Assembly: GCA_041592575.1 (NCBI GenBank)
Contig: JBFHPX010000001.1
Coordinates: 1 to 55,482 of the forward strand
Direction: 5' to 3'
DNA length: 55,482 bases
DNA from: Alcanivoracaceae bacterium
Lineage (GTDB): Bacteria > Pseudomonadota > Gammaproteobacteria > Pseudomonadales > Alcanivoracaceae
Shown in pieces: positions 9,796-19,804 of the stretch. The stretch's first letter is position 1. Every line of letters starts with the position of its first letter. The notes under the pieces were generated by a model. That model had not been told where the DNA came from, did no database searches, and saw only the letters and a program-made list of their open reading frames with translations. The position numbers were made by a program, and so were the translations under genes.

Positions 9796-12129
9796 TCAGG
9801 CCGGCCGCTTGCCGTCCTTCCAGCGGCCGAGGGTCAGCTGCAGGCTGGATAACGTCAGCGGTTTGGCCAGATGATCATCCATGCCAGCGGCCAGACATTT
9901 CTCCCGGTGCTCCGCCAATGCATGCGCGGTCAAGGCGATGATTGGCAGCTTCTGTGATCCGTTTTTCATCTGGCGAATACGGCGGGTGGTTTCGTAACCG
10001 TCCATGCCGGGCATTTCGCAGTCCATCAGAATAAGGTCAAAGCAGCCCGGGCCCTCCGCCAGCATCGTCAGCGCTTCTTCGCCGGAACCGACAATACGCG
10101 CGGAAACCTCAAGCTCACTCAGTAGTGCGCCAATCACCATCTGATTGACGGTATTGTCCTCCACCACCAGTACACGCAAACCCTGCAACGATGTCTGCGG
10201 AATATCGCTTCGACTGGCCGGCGGCTCGCTAAGTGGCAACCAGATCGCAAAGTGGAATCGTGAACCGACGGCGGGCAGGCTCTCCGCTTCAATGACTCCA
10301 CCCATCAACTCCACCAGCTGCTTGGAGATAGCCAGGCCAAGGCCGGTGCCACCATATTTCCGCGACGTCGAGCTGTCGGCCTGCTGGAACGAGCGGAACA
10401 GCTCGCGGACCTGGTCCTGGGCCATGCCAATGCCGGTGTCACGTACTTCCACTTTCAGGCGAATCTGGCGCTCACTGCGCAACTCGACATAGACGCTGAA
10501 AGTGACGCTGCCCTGCTCGGTAAACTTGATCGCATTGCTAAGCAGGTTTAACAACACCTGTTTCAATCTCACCGGATCGCCGCGCACCCATTTCGGCAGA
10601 GAGTCATCAAAATCACGGTGCATGCGCAGGCCTTTCTGTTCGGCGCTGGCGGACATGATGGTCAGGCAGTCTTCCAGCACTCGATGCAGGTCCATGCTGC
10701 GCTGTTCAAGCTGCAACTTTCCGGCAGAGATCTTTGAGTAATCGAGCACGTCATTGATCACACCGAGCAGGCTTTCACCGGCACTGCTGATAGTGGTGAC
10801 ATAGTTCTTCTGTCGCTCATCCAGACGGGTGCTCGACAGCAACTCCGTCAGTGCCAGCACCGCATTCATGGGCGTGCGGATTTCGTGGCTCATGCGGGCC
10901 AGAAAATCGCCCTTGGCCGCACTTTCTGCCTGAGCGCGAACAATTTCCTGCTCATGCATTAACGATTCTTTTTTCAGCGCACTCAGCCGCGCCGCAAGGC
11001 CCAGAGACAGCAATACCTGCTGCAGCACAATACCAATATGCACGCCGTGCAAGGTCAGCAGAATCGGCAATTCAATTACCAGCCCGTAAACATTGAACGC
11101 CAACAGGCCGATCATCGACAGGAATGTCCCCCAGGCAACAACAAATATGCGCGCCTGACCGCGGCCGCGATACCAGCTGTAGAAGCCGGTAATCATCAGG
11201 ATCACCATGGTCAGCAATACCATGATGCCCATGTACCGGGTAACGGAACCGGGCGGCAGAATAATCTGCAACACCACCATGACGGCCAGCGCCGCCACCA
11301 GCGCCTTGAGCAGAAGATCAAGGCGTGACCATTTTCCGGTTTCAAGAAAATCGCGAGCAAACAACACGCCTGATATCAGCGAGATATAGCCACAGACATA
11401 GGGAAAGTTATCGGGGAACGGCTGTCCCTCCGGCCACAGTCTCTGGCTGATGCCCTGCAAGGTGGCGAGGTAGGTCAGGCTGGCGCCAACATGAACCACA
11501 TAGAATCGGTAGATGCGCTCCCGGGCGGCAGCCCACAACACCAGGTGATAGCAGAACAGACCAAAGCCGATGCCGTAGAAAACGCCAAGCAACCAGTCAT
11601 TGTTGACGTGGTGCTCAATAAAGGCGTCCCGACTGGCAATGGTCAACGGCACCGTCATTGAACTGGTGCTTTTGACCCGCACCCAGTATTCCGTCTCGCT
11701 ACTGGCCGGCAGCAGCAGCGGCACAGTGGCGATACGCAATTCCAGCGGACGGTTGCTGAAGGCGGCCATGTCGCCAAGCTGCCAGTGGCGCAAGCGCTGG
11801 CGATCAAACCCGTAGAGGTCGACATGGTCGAGCAGCGCATAATCCACGGAGAGCAGCACCTCGTGGTCCACCGAGGCGCTGTTACGAAGGTGGAAGCGAA
11901 ACCAGCAGGCATCGTCCCGGTAACTGAAGGCAATCTGGGTCGCCTTCAACGGCGTCAGGTCCGCCTGAAGCGCATCGTCCAGCGTGCTCTCGCCACTGCC
12001 GTCACACCAGTAGTCCACGTGCGGCGCCAGGGTCTCATGGCGGAGGGACGGACCCGCTTCCACAGCCGCCAGCAGGGGCATGCCCCAGCAACTGAAGAAC
12101 AACAGCAACCACCAGCGGCAAGCAGACAT
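9796..12129 (-). CDS. Hybrid sensor histidine kinase/response regulator with 7TMR-DISMED2 and 7TM domains (LadS/RetS-like architecture)
   Basis: Likely start ATG 12129 with a signal peptide; DISMED2-like CWFRF...LDHVDLY; 7 TM segments; FLARMSHEIRTPMN H-box; LLNLLSNAIKFT, DTGIG and GGTGLGL; REC domain LILMDCEMPGMDGY. Confidence 0.9.
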   Translation of the reverse strand: MSACRWWLLLFFSCWGMPLLAAVEAGPSLRHETLAPHVDYWCDGSGESTLDDALQADLTPLKATQIAFSYRDDACWFRFHLRNSASVDHEVLLSVDYALLDHVDLYGFDRQRLRHWQLGDMAAFSNRPLELRIATVPLLLPASSETEYWVRVKSTSSMTVPLTIASRDAFIEHHVNNDWLLGVFYGIGFGLFCYHLVLWAAARERIYRFYVVHVGASLTYLATLQGISQRLWPEGQPFPDNFPYVCGYISLISGVLFARDFLETGKWSRLDLLLKALVAALAVMVVLQIILPPGSVTRYMGIMVLLTMVILMITGFYSWYRGRGQARIFVVAWGTFLSMIGLLAFNVYGLVIELPILLTLHGVHIGIVLQQVLLSLGLAARLSALKKESLMHEQEIVRAQAESAAKGDFLARMSHEIRTPMNAVLALTELLSSTRLDERQKNYVTTISSAGESLLGVINDVLDYSKISAGKLQLEQRSMDLHRVLEDCLTIMSASAEQKGLRMHRDFDDSLPKWVRGDPVRLKQVLLNLLSNAIKFTEQGSVTFSVYVELRSERQIRLKVEVRDTGIGMAQDQVRELFRSFQQADSSTSRKYGGTGLGLAISKQLVELMGGVIEAESLPAVGSRFHFAIWLPLSEPPASRSDIPQTSLQGLRVLVVEDNTVNQMVIGALLSELEVSARIVGSGEEALTMLAEGPGCFDLILMDCEMPGMDGYETTRRIRQMKNGSQKLPIIALTAHALAEHREKCLAAGMDDHLAKPLTLSSLQLTLGRWKDGKRPA

Positions 12130-12305
12130 GGTCGGATGATCTCTCCCTGATACCGCGGCAGCACATTGTTGATATCGGTGCTGCCGGCTTTCCAGAATAC
12201 TCGCGGTGACGCCGGACTCCAATTGTCTCGGCTGGAACGTCGCCATACCCGCTGATACCCGCTAAGCTCCCGGTTCACCCGTGAACCTGAAGTCGAGCTT
12301 GTATC

Positions 12306-13115
12306 ATGCCCCATTTCTCCGGACTGCGAATCCTGATCACCGGCGCCGGCACCGGCATCGGCGCCCTGATGGCCGAGAAGCTGGCCCAGCAAGGTGCCGA
12401 GGTGATTGTCACTGCCCGCCGCAAGGAGGCCGCTGAGGAGGTCCGTGACCGGATCCGCCGGCACGGTCACAACGCCCATGCGATGGTCCTGGATGTCAGC
12501 AAACTGGGCACTTTCAACGCCTTCCGCGAGCGCCTGCACAAGGCCCATGGGCCGCTGGATGTGCTGATCAACAATGCCGGGGTGGTGTTTGGTGGCGAGT
12601 TCGAGAAGGTCGATATCAAGGATCACCTGAACACCTTCCAGATCAACGCCACCGGCCTGATGGCCCTGACCCACACCTTTTTCGAGGATCTGATCCAGAG
12701 CCCGCGTGGTCATCTGGTCAATATCGCCAGCGCCAGCTCCTACGTCGGCCTGCCCTACGGCAGCACCTACGCAGCCAGCAAGTGGGCGGTGCTGGGCTTC
12801 TCCGAGTCGCTGCGGCTGGAGCTGAAGGAACGGGCACTGAACCATGTCAGCGTCACCACGGTCTGCCCCAGTTACATCGACACCGGCATGTTCGACGGCG
12901 TGAAGTCGCCGTTGTTGTCACCGATGCTGTCACCGGAGAAGGTGGTCCGTGCCATTCTTGAAGGCATGCGCCAGCGCGAACCACTGGTACAGGCGCCGAT
13001 GATCGTCAAACATATCGACCTGATGAAGGGCGGCTTGCCGATGCCGGTCTGGGACTTCCTCGCCAAGGCCACCGGCATGTCGACATCGATGAAAAAATGG
13101 CGCGGCAAACATTGA
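12306..13115 (+). CDS. Short-chain dehydrogenase/reductase (17beta-HSD11/RDH-like subgroup)
   Basis: TGAGTGIG, NNAG, YAASK catalytic motif; TTVCPSYIDTGMFDGVK subgroup-type segment. Confidence 0.85.
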   Translation: MPHFSGLRILITGAGTGIGALMAEKLAQQGAEVIVTARRKEAAEEVRDRIRRHGHNAHAMVLDVSKLGTFNAFRERLHKAHGPLDVLINNAGVVFGGEFEKVDIKDHLNTFQINATGLMALTHTFFEDLIQSPRGHLVNIASASSYVGLPYGSTYAASKWAVLGFSESLRLELKERALNHVSVTTVCPSYIDTGMFDGVKSPLLSPMLSPEKVVRAILEGMRQREPLVQAPMIVKHIDLMKGGLPMPVWDFLAKATGMSTSMKKWRGKH

Positions 13116-13171
13116 GTTCCCTGCCCGGATAACGGCAGATCAGGAAGACAGATATAACAGGAGAACGTGCA

Positions 13172-14545
13172 GTGAAGGCTCTTGGCCCGGTGGATCAGTT
13201 ATTCCTTTTTCTTGAACGACGCCAGCAACCCATGCATGTGGCCGGCCTGCAACTGTTCTCCTACCCGGAGGACGCCGGCCCCAAGTACGTCAGCGAGCTG
13301 GCGGCACAGATGCGCGATTACTGCTGCCCGGTGGCGCCCTTCAACCAGCGCCTGAGCAGCCGCTTCGGCCAGCCGGTCTGGACCGAGGACAAGCAGTTCG
13401 ATATCGATGCCCACTTTCGCCACGAGGCATTGCCCAAGCCAGGCCGGATCCGTGAGCTGCTGGCGCTGGTGTCCGCCGAGCACTCCAATCTGCTTGATCG
13501 CGAGCGGCCATTGTGGGAAGCCCACCTGATTGAGGGCATCCGCGGTCGCCGGTTCGCCATGTACACCAAGATCCACCATTCACTGGTCGACGGTATCTCG
13601 GCCATGCGTCTGGGCATGCGCGCCCTGTCGCCGGACCCGAATATCCGTGATCTGCCGCCGGTCTGGGCGACGCCGCCGCGCAAGCGCCGGCCGGGGATGC
13701 CGAGCAATCCGGTTGAAGCGGTCAGCGGACTGGCCCAACTCACCGCCGGGTTGTCGAAGCAGATCGCCACGGTGCCGGCGCTGGCCCGGGAAGTCTACAA
13801 GGTCAGTCAGAAAGCCAAGAACGACCCGGACTATGTATCGATCTTTCAAGCTCCGCATTGTGTGCTGAATGAGCGTATTACCGGCAGCCGTCGATTTGCC
13901 GCCCAGTCCTACTCCATGGCACGGATCAAGCACATCGCGAAAACTTTCGACTGCACCCTGAACGACATCGTGCTGGCCATTTGCGGCAGCGCCCTGCGCG
14001 ATTACCTGATTTCCCAGAATGCCCTGCCAGACCAGCCATTGATTGCCATGGTGCCAATCTCGCTGCGCCAGGACGACAGTGCTGAAGGCAATCAGGTTGC
14101 CACCATTCTCGCCAACCTCGGCACTCATATCGCCGACCCGGCCAACCGTCTGCGCGTGATCAAGGCGTCCGTGGAAGAAGCGAAATGCCGGTACCGGCAG
14201 ATGACTCCTTCGGAGATTCTCAATTTTACTGCCCTGATGCTGGCACCCACGGGCATCAACCTGCTCACCGGCATGGCACCGAAGCTGCAGGCCTTTAACG
14301 TGGTGATATCAAATGTTCCCGGGCCGAAGGAACCGCTGTACTGGAATGGTGCGCGACTGGAAGGCATGTACCCGGTATCGATCGTGCTGGACCGCATTGC
14401 CCTGAACATTACCCTGACCAGTTATGTCGATCAGCTGGAGTTCGGTCTGATTGGTTGCCGCCGCACCCTGCCGTCCATGCAGCGCCTGCTCGACTACCTC
14501 GAAAACGGTATCCATGAGCTGGAAGTGGCGGCCGGGATCCGCTGA
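13172..14545 (+). CDS. atfA1: Wax ester synthase/diacylglycerol acyltransferase, AtfA1-like
   Basis: GTG start; QQPMHVAGLQLF, catalytic HHSLVDG, SNVPGP. From memory, closely resembles Alcanivorax AtfA1. Confidence 0.9.
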   Translation: MKALGPVDQLFLFLERRQQPMHVAGLQLFSYPEDAGPKYVSELAAQMRDYCCPVAPFNQRLSSRFGQPVWTEDKQFDIDAHFRHEALPKPGRIRELLALVSAEHSNLLDRERPLWEAHLIEGIRGRRFAMYTKIHHSLVDGISAMRLGMRALSPDPNIRDLPPVWATPPRKRRPGMPSNPVEAVSGLAQLTAGLSKQIATVPALAREVYKVSQKAKNDPDYVSIFQAPHCVLNERITGSRRFAAQSYSMARIKHIAKTFDCTLNDIVLAICGSALRDYLISQNALPDQPLIAMVPISLRQDDSAEGNQVATILANLGTHIADPANRLRVIKASVEEAKCRYRQMTPSEILNFTALMLAPTGINLLTGMAPKLQAFNVVISNVPGPKEPLYWNGARLEGMYPVSIVLDRIALNITLTSYVDQLEFGLIGCRRTLPSMQRLLDYLENGIHELEVAAGIR

Positions 14546-14748
14546 TTTAGCGGTCTTTCACGCCCCGGCCCGCCGCCGCAAAAAAACTGGCGCGGGCCGA
14601 AAAACTGCCGTAGAGTCGAAGTTGCTGCGGCTTGAACAGCGGTGGATCTGGTAGTGCCTTTTGCGCAGTTCTCCCCGTTTCACCCTCCCTCGGCCTGCAT
14701 GCAAAAACATCACTGATATCGATATCGGAACACTCGAGGTAAGTCACA

Positions 14749-14952
14749 ATGGCAACAGGTACCGTGAAATGGTTTAACGAATCCAAAGGGTTTGGCTTCA
14801 TCACCCAGGACGAGGGCGGTGCGGACGTATTCGTACATTTCAGCGCCATTCAAGGCAACGGCTTCAAGACTCTTGCGGAAGGTCAAAAGGTTTCCTATGA
14901 CATTCAGCAGGGTCCGAAAGGCCCGCAGGCTGCCAACGTCAACAAGGCCTGA
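14749..14952 (+). CDS. Cold-shock protein, CspA family
   Basis: [16 protein letters not shown] (RNP1), DVFVHFSAI (RNP2), GPQAANV. Confidence 0.97.
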   Translation: MATGTVKWFNESKGFGFITQDEGGADVFVHFSAIQGNGFKTLAEGQKVSYDIQQGPKGPQAANVNKA

Positions 14953-14970
14953 TCAGCCTTGACTGACTAG

Positions 14971-15000
14971 AAAAATCCCCGCTGCCGCGGGGTTTTTTTT
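14971..15000 (+). terminator. Intrinsic terminator after the csp gene (probably bidirectional)
   Basis: AAAAAT-CCCCGC-TGCC-GCGGGG-TTTTTTTT. Confidence 0.85.
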
Positions 15001-15006
15001 GCTGTT

Positions 15007-16053
15007 TCAACGATCAACGGACGATTCCATTGCAGGCGTCAGCGTGCGATGCAGGGGTGGTGTATTGGCATCCAGCAGCCGCTGGCCCAGCCAGTAAAAA
15101 CCCTGACGAATGTCCACCCGGGAAGGTCGGGAACCCGGCACCATGGGTTGCAGTCCTGTTGCGCCCTGTCGGGCGACCGCAAAGCTGAACACATAGTTCG
15201 GCTCCTGGCCCATGCGCAGATCGGTGATACGCACTTCGCCGTCATGCTCACTCATGGCAAAAAGGCCGTGACTGAACCAGCCGATGCGGGTGGTCTCCCA
15301 GTTTTCCTGCAGTGCCTGATACCAGTGCAGCTCGCGGGAGAAGTGTTCGAAGCGGATTCGCCGGTCTTCATCGAGCAGTGAATAGAAGCCTTCCGCATAA
15401 CCGTCCGGGGTGATCACCAGTACGCGCCAGAGCAGCGTATTGAACGGTGTCGGTGTGACCAGTTTCTGTTGTCCTTCGATACCGCTGGCCACCAGCGAAT
15501 CTTCTGCCACAGCGGTCACATGCTGCTGCGCCAGCACCGTCCAGCACAGGTAGAGAGTGCTGACGATCAGGCCGTTGCGATTGGCACTCAGGCCGCGCCG
15601 GTCGCGCCAGCGGATTGCCAGGAACAGACCCGCCAGCAACGGCAGGGTGTACAGCGGATCAATGATAAAGATGCTGGCCATGCCCAGTGGTGTGTCACTG
15701 AATGGCAGCAGCAGCTGGGTGCCGTACACGGTCATGGCATCGAGCAATGTGTGGGTAATCAGAATCAGCCAGATGTTTAACCACCAGAGTCGGAAGTTGT
15801 CCGTCATGGCGGTCAGTCGTGCCGTGATCCAGGCCGCCAGCGGCGAGAACAGCGTCATCCAGAACAACGCATGACTCTCGGCACGGTGAAAGGTCATGTT
15901 GCGGATCGGATCGCCGTAGTCGATGACCACGTCGAGATCCGGCAGGGTACCGAACGCCGCGCCAATGGCCGCCGCCTTCCATACCGGCATACGTCGGCCG
16001 ACCACCGCCACCGATACGGCGGCGCCTAGCGCCATCTGCGAAACAGAATCCAT
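15007..16053 (-). CDS. Membrane-bound metal-dependent hydrolase (YdjM/YfhP-like)
   Basis: MDSVSQMALGA, TLPDLDV, FHRAESH, THTLLDAMTVYGT, IFIIDPLYT. Confidence 0.85.
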   Translation of the reverse strand: MDSVSQMALGAAVSVAVVGRRMPVWKAAAIGAAFGTLPDLDVVIDYGDPIRNMTFHRAESHALFWMTLFSPLAAWITARLTAMTDNFRLWWLNIWLILITHTLLDAMTVYGTQLLLPFSDTPLGMASIFIIDPLYTLPLLAGLFLAIRWRDRRGLSANRNGLIVSTLYLCWTVLAQQHVTAVAEDSLVASGIEGQQKLVTPTPFNTLLWRVLVITPDGYAEGFYSLLDEDRRIRFEHFSRELHWYQALQENWETTRIGWFSHGLFAMSEHDGEVRITDLRMGQEPNYVFSFAVARQGATGLQPMVPGSRPSRVDIRQGFYWLGQRLLDANTPPLHRTLTPAMESSVDR

Positions 16054-16071
16054 TGCCCTGCCCGAATCAGT

Positions 16072-16443
16072 TCAGAGTGCGGTCACCAGCAGCCAGCCCG
16101 CCAGCAACATGCCAAGCAAGGCCACCAGCAGATTCACCAGCATGGCCCAGTCGGTACGATAGCCGCGCGGAACCTCTTCAGGGTTGAGGGTGCGCAGCAC
16201 CGCCCGGTGTTGCAGCGTCGACAACACCGACACCAGCGATCCGAGCAGGATAAACAGGATGCCGAGCCATAGCGTGAAGACCGGACTCAGGTTGCCGGCG
16301 TTGGCCGGCAGCAGCAGCGCCACCAGCATGCCGGCGCGTTCAATAACAAAGCCGAATGCAATCAGCGCCAGACCGGTACGATTCCACGCCAGCAGGGTGC
16401 GCTCGGCGGCGAAAAACACTCGTGGATCAGACAGGCTCGACAT
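16072..16443 (-). CDS. YidH/DUF202 membrane protein
   Basis: Start reassigned to ATG 16443; DPRVFFAAERTLLAWNRT signature; 3 TM segments. Confidence 0.85.
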   Translation of the reverse strand: MSSLSDPRVFFAAERTLLAWNRTGLALIAFGFVIERAGMLVALLLPANAGNLSPVFTLWLGILFILLGSLVSVLSTLQHRAVLRTLNPEEVPRGYRTDWAMLVNLLVALLGMLLAGWLLVTAL

Positions 16444-16574
16444 GCGCTTTCCTCCGGCAGTTTGCCGATGCAGTGTTACCAGCACACCGCTGTCGGTCAA
16501 TGCCAGTATGCCGGTTGACGCGGCCGGCATGATCGCCTCTACTTCCGGCCGAACCTGCTACCTCTGGAACTGAC

Positions 16575-16934
16575 ATGAACTCACTGGACGCCCTGCTGCA
16601 GCGCATTCATCAATCACCCGAGAGCATCGCATTTGACGAGGTGATGGCGGTAATTGGCGAGCACTATGATTACACCCCCAGCGGCTTTCATAACGGCATT
16701 GGCGACGACGCCCTGTGGAATGCTGCCGGCACCAACGCCGGATCCTGCCGGATCTTTGCCTTCGCTCGCCTGAACCAGCTCGATGAGGACAGCACGCTGG
16801 CCTGTTTTGGCAGCTTCTACCGTGATGACGTGCTGAAATTTCCCGACGCCACCGACCATGGCAATATCCGCCGGTTTATGCGCGACGGCTGGGCCGGCAT
16901 TCGTTTCGAAAACGAGCCCCTCAGCAAACGGTAG
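16575..16934 (+). CDS. HopJ-family small protein of unknown function
   Basis: F-x2-VMAVI...YDYTP, NAAGTNAGSCRIFAFA, LACFG-x2-YR-x-DVL, DHGNIRRFMRDGWAGIRF. Confidence 0.8.
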   Translation: MNSLDALLQRIHQSPESIAFDEVMAVIGEHYDYTPSGFHNGIGDDALWNAAGTNAGSCRIFAFARLNQLDEDSTLACFGSFYRDDVLKFPDATDHGNIRRFMRDGWAGIRFENEPLSKR

Positions 16935-16970
16935 CAGCGGCCGCGATCGGCCGCTTCTGAAGTTCAGCGG

Positions 16971-17714
16971 TTACTTGCCGGCAAACTGCTTGAGCAGATC
17001 AATCGGCAACGGGAAGATCAACGTCGAGGTGTTCTTGCCGGCCATGTCATTCATGGTCTGCAGATAACGCAGCTGCAGGGCGGCCGGGTTGGTGTTGATG
17101 ATATCGGCGGCCTCCACCAGTTTCTGCGCCGCCTGAAGTTCACCTTCGGCGTTAATGATCTTGGCGCGACGCTCCCGCTCCGCTTCCGCCTGACGGGCGA
17201 TGGCGCGAATCATGTTTTCATTCAGATCTATGTGCTTGATCTCGACGTTAGTCACCTTGATGCCCCAGGCATCGGTCTGGGTATCGATAATGCTCTGGAT
17301 ATCGACATTGAGTTTGTCGCGCTCTGACAGCATTTCATCGAGATCATGCTTGCCCAATACCGATCTCAGCGTGGTCTGGGAGATCTGACTGGTGGCGTTA
17401 TAGTAATCCTCCACCTGAATGATGGCTTTTTGCGGATCCACCACGCGAAAGTACAACACCGCATTGACCTTGACGGTGACGTTATCTTTGGAAATCAGGT
17501 CCTGACTTGGTACATCCAGAGTGATCACCCGCAGATCCACCCGGGTCATCTGTTGAATGCCGGGGATGATGATCACCAGGCCCGGCCCCTTTACCCCCTG
17601 AAACCGGCCAAGAAAAAACACCACGCCGCGCTGGTACTCCGGAATGATCCGGATCGCCATCGCCAGCAGCACAATGATAAAAACCAGTGGCGCCAGTAAT
17701 GCTGTCATCGTCAT
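16971..17714 (-). CDS. SPFH/stomatin-like (slipin) protein
   Basis: N-terminal TM; [50 protein letters not shown]. Confidence 0.93.
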   Translation of the reverse strand: MTMTALLAPLVFIIVLLAMAIRIIPEYQRGVVFFLGRFQGVKGPGLVIIIPGIQQMTRVDLRVITLDVPSQDLISKDNVTVKVNAVLYFRVVDPQKAIIQVEDYYNATSQISQTTLRSVLGKHDLDEMLSERDKLNVDIQSIIDTQTDAWGIKVTNVEIKHIDLNENMIRAIARQAEAERERRAKIINAEGELQAAQKLVEAADIINTNPAALQLRYLQTMNDMAGKNTSTLIFPLPIDLLKQFAGK

Positions 17715-19090
17715 TCTCCCTGTTGTGGTGACTGTTTCGGCGTCACTTCAAGTGTGAGGCCGTCAACTGCGGTAATCTGAAGATGCTCTCCAGCCTGCAC
17801 CGGGGTACGGCTGCGCGCTCGCCAGGTTTCGCCATGAACCCGAACCCAGCCTTCGCCATCAAACGGTTGTGGCGCCGTTGCTTCCATGCCCAGCAATTCT
17901 TCCATGCCGGCCAGTGCCGGACGTTTGCGGATGCCTATTAGCCGCCCTAGAACCCAGATCAAAAAGCCCGCCGAGACCATGGCCGTGCCGGCGATCATCG
18001 GAATTGATATCGACAGGTGTTCGTCGTCCAGCAAAATCACTGAACCGAACACGAAGGCCACTACCCCGCCAAGCCCGAGCACACCGAAACTGGGGACGAA
18101 CGCCTCCGCGATCATGAAGGCCATGCCAAGAATAATCAGGGCAAGACCGGCGTAATTCACTGGCAATACCTGAAATGCATACAGTGCCAGCACCAGGCAG
18201 ATGACACCAATAACACCTGGATAGATTTGACCGGGGTTGGATAACTCGAATATCAGCCCGTAAAAGCCGATCAACATGAGGAAATAGGCGACGTTGGGAT
18301 TGGTGATGGTGCTGAGAAATCCGGTGCGCCAATCCGCAACGCGTTCAACAACCGCAAGCTCGGTGGTGTCGAGGGTTACCTTGCCGGAGGCCATCCGCAC
18401 TTCACGACCATGCAGGTGAGCCAGCAAGGTCGGAATGTCATCAGCTATCATGTCGATCACACCACGTTCCAGCGCTTCCTCCGCGGTCAGGGTGCGGCCT
18501 TCACGTACCGCCTGCTCCGCCCAGTCCGGGTTGCGGCCATGATGCTCGGCGAGATTACGAATGTAGGAGACAGCATCTTCCAGCATCTTGCGTTCCATGG
18601 CGCTGCCGCCGCGACGCTTGCCGTCCTCGTCCTGTTTACCGTCTTCAGGTTTTTGTGCCGGCTCCGGGCTGCCCGGCATGCCGCCCATGGTCACCGGGGT
18701 GGCGGCGCCAAGATGGGTGGATGACGCCATGGCGGCGCCGTGACTGGCAAACAGGATATAGGTGCCGGCGCTGGCGGCCCTCGAGCCGGCGGGCGCCACC
18801 CAGGTCACCACCGGCACCGGCGCAGCAAGCATGTCCTTGACCAGCGCCCGCATACTGCTATCAAGGCCTCCGGGGGTGTCCATGCGCAGGATCACCAGCG
18901 CCGCGCCATCCTTCCCGGCATCGGCAATGGTGCGGCGAACGTGGTCCACCGTGGCCGGGCCGACAACGCCGTCCAGGTCTACCACCACGGCCTTGCCGGT
19001 CAGGCTCTCCTGCGTTGCCGCCAGCACCAGCAGCGAGGTCGCCAGCAACCATATGGTCAGGCAAAGCTTGCGCCAGATCATTCTGTTCAT
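17711..19090 (-). CDS. nfeD: Long NfeD (membrane serine protease, ClpP-like N-domain, C-terminal OB fold)
   Basis: [25 protein letters not shown]; TM bundle; [14 protein letters not shown]; overlaps the SPFH gene. Confidence 0.92.
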   Translation of the reverse strand: MNRMIWRKLCLTIWLLATSLLVLAATQESLTGKAVVVDLDGVVGPATVDHVRRTIADAGKDGAALVILRMDTPGGLDSSMRALVKDMLAAPVPVVTWVAPAGSRAASAGTYILFASHGAAMASSTHLGAATPVTMGGMPGSPEPAQKPEDGKQDEDGKRRGGSAMERKMLEDAVSYIRNLAEHHGRNPDWAEQAVREGRTLTAEEALERGVIDMIADDIPTLLAHLHGREVRMASGKVTLDTTELAVVERVADWRTGFLSTITNPNVAYFLMLIGFYGLIFELSNPGQIYPGVIGVICLVLALYAFQVLPVNYAGLALIILGMAFMIAEAFVPSFGVLGLGGVVAFVFGSVILLDDEHLSISIPMIAGTAMVSAGFLIWVLGRLIGIRKRPALAGMEELLGMEATAPQPFDGEGWVRVHGETWRARSRTPVQAGEHLQITAVDGLTLEVTPKQSPQQGE

Positions 19091-19123
19091 CGCACGTCCC
19101 CTGTACAGACGGATACCAGCCTA

Positions 19124-19804
19124 TCAGATTAGTGATGACAGATTCAGTTCGCGCTTGCGCTGCTCCCAGTCCGGAAGGCGCTGCGACAGCAGCCGGCGAA
19201 ACCCCGGGCCGTGGTTCATGTGCTCAAGATGGCAGAGCTCGTGAATCACCACGTACTCGATACTCCGCAACGGCGTCTTGATCAGCTCGGCGTTGAGGTT
19301 GATATAGCCGCGACTGGACAGGCTGCCCCAGCGGCTTTTCATGCTGCGAATACGCAGTGATGGGCGGTTATGCCCGCGTTCGGCAAAAAACCCGAAGTGC
19401 TGATCTATTATCCGGTTATAAACGGTCTCGGCCTGAGCGCGGTACCAGCGTGACAGTTGCCGCGCTACCTGTTGTCCATCGTCTGGTACCGGTAACAGCA
19501 TCTCGATGCAGCCATCGGTCAGCGCCGTCATGCTACGCCGGCCGATATTCAGAGATAACGGATAGCGCTCACCAAGAAACAGGTGTTCTTCGCCATCACA
19601 GAATTTCAGCGCCGGCCTTTGTCCTGCCTCCGGCAATGTCGACAGGCGTCTTTTCAGCCACCCGGACTTGCTGGCGATAAAACTGCTGATATCGTGCTCG
19701 CTGGTGCGCAACGGCACCCGTACTTCGATGCGACGGTCCGGATACAGGCGCAGCTCAAGTGAGCGGCGCCGGCTGCGGATAATGGTGTAGTCAGTGGGCT
19801 TCAC
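19124..19804 (-). CDS. YgjP/DUF45 (M48-like, SprT-type) zinc metallohydrolase
   Basis: RSRRRSL N-terminus, MKSRWGSLS, YVVIHELCHL (HExxH), NHGPGF. GTG start at 19804 is inferred and overlaps the RND stop. Confidence 0.85.
   Translation of the reverse strand: MKPTDYTIIRSRRRSLELRLYPDRRIEVRVPLRTSEHDISSFIASKSGWLKRRLSTLPEAGQRPALKFCDGEEHLFLGERYPLSLNIGRRSMTALTDGCIEMLLPVPDDGQQVARQLSRWYRAQAETVYNRIIDQHFGFFAERGHNRPSLRIRSMKSRWGSLSSRGYINLNAELIKTPLRSIEYVVIHELCHLEHMNHGPGFRRLLSQRLPDWEQRKRELNLSSLI

Noticed and set aside
16575-16934. HopJ-family gene as evidence of a type III secretion effector
   Set aside because: No T3SS genes are in the window, and this short family is widespread in bacteria without such a role.
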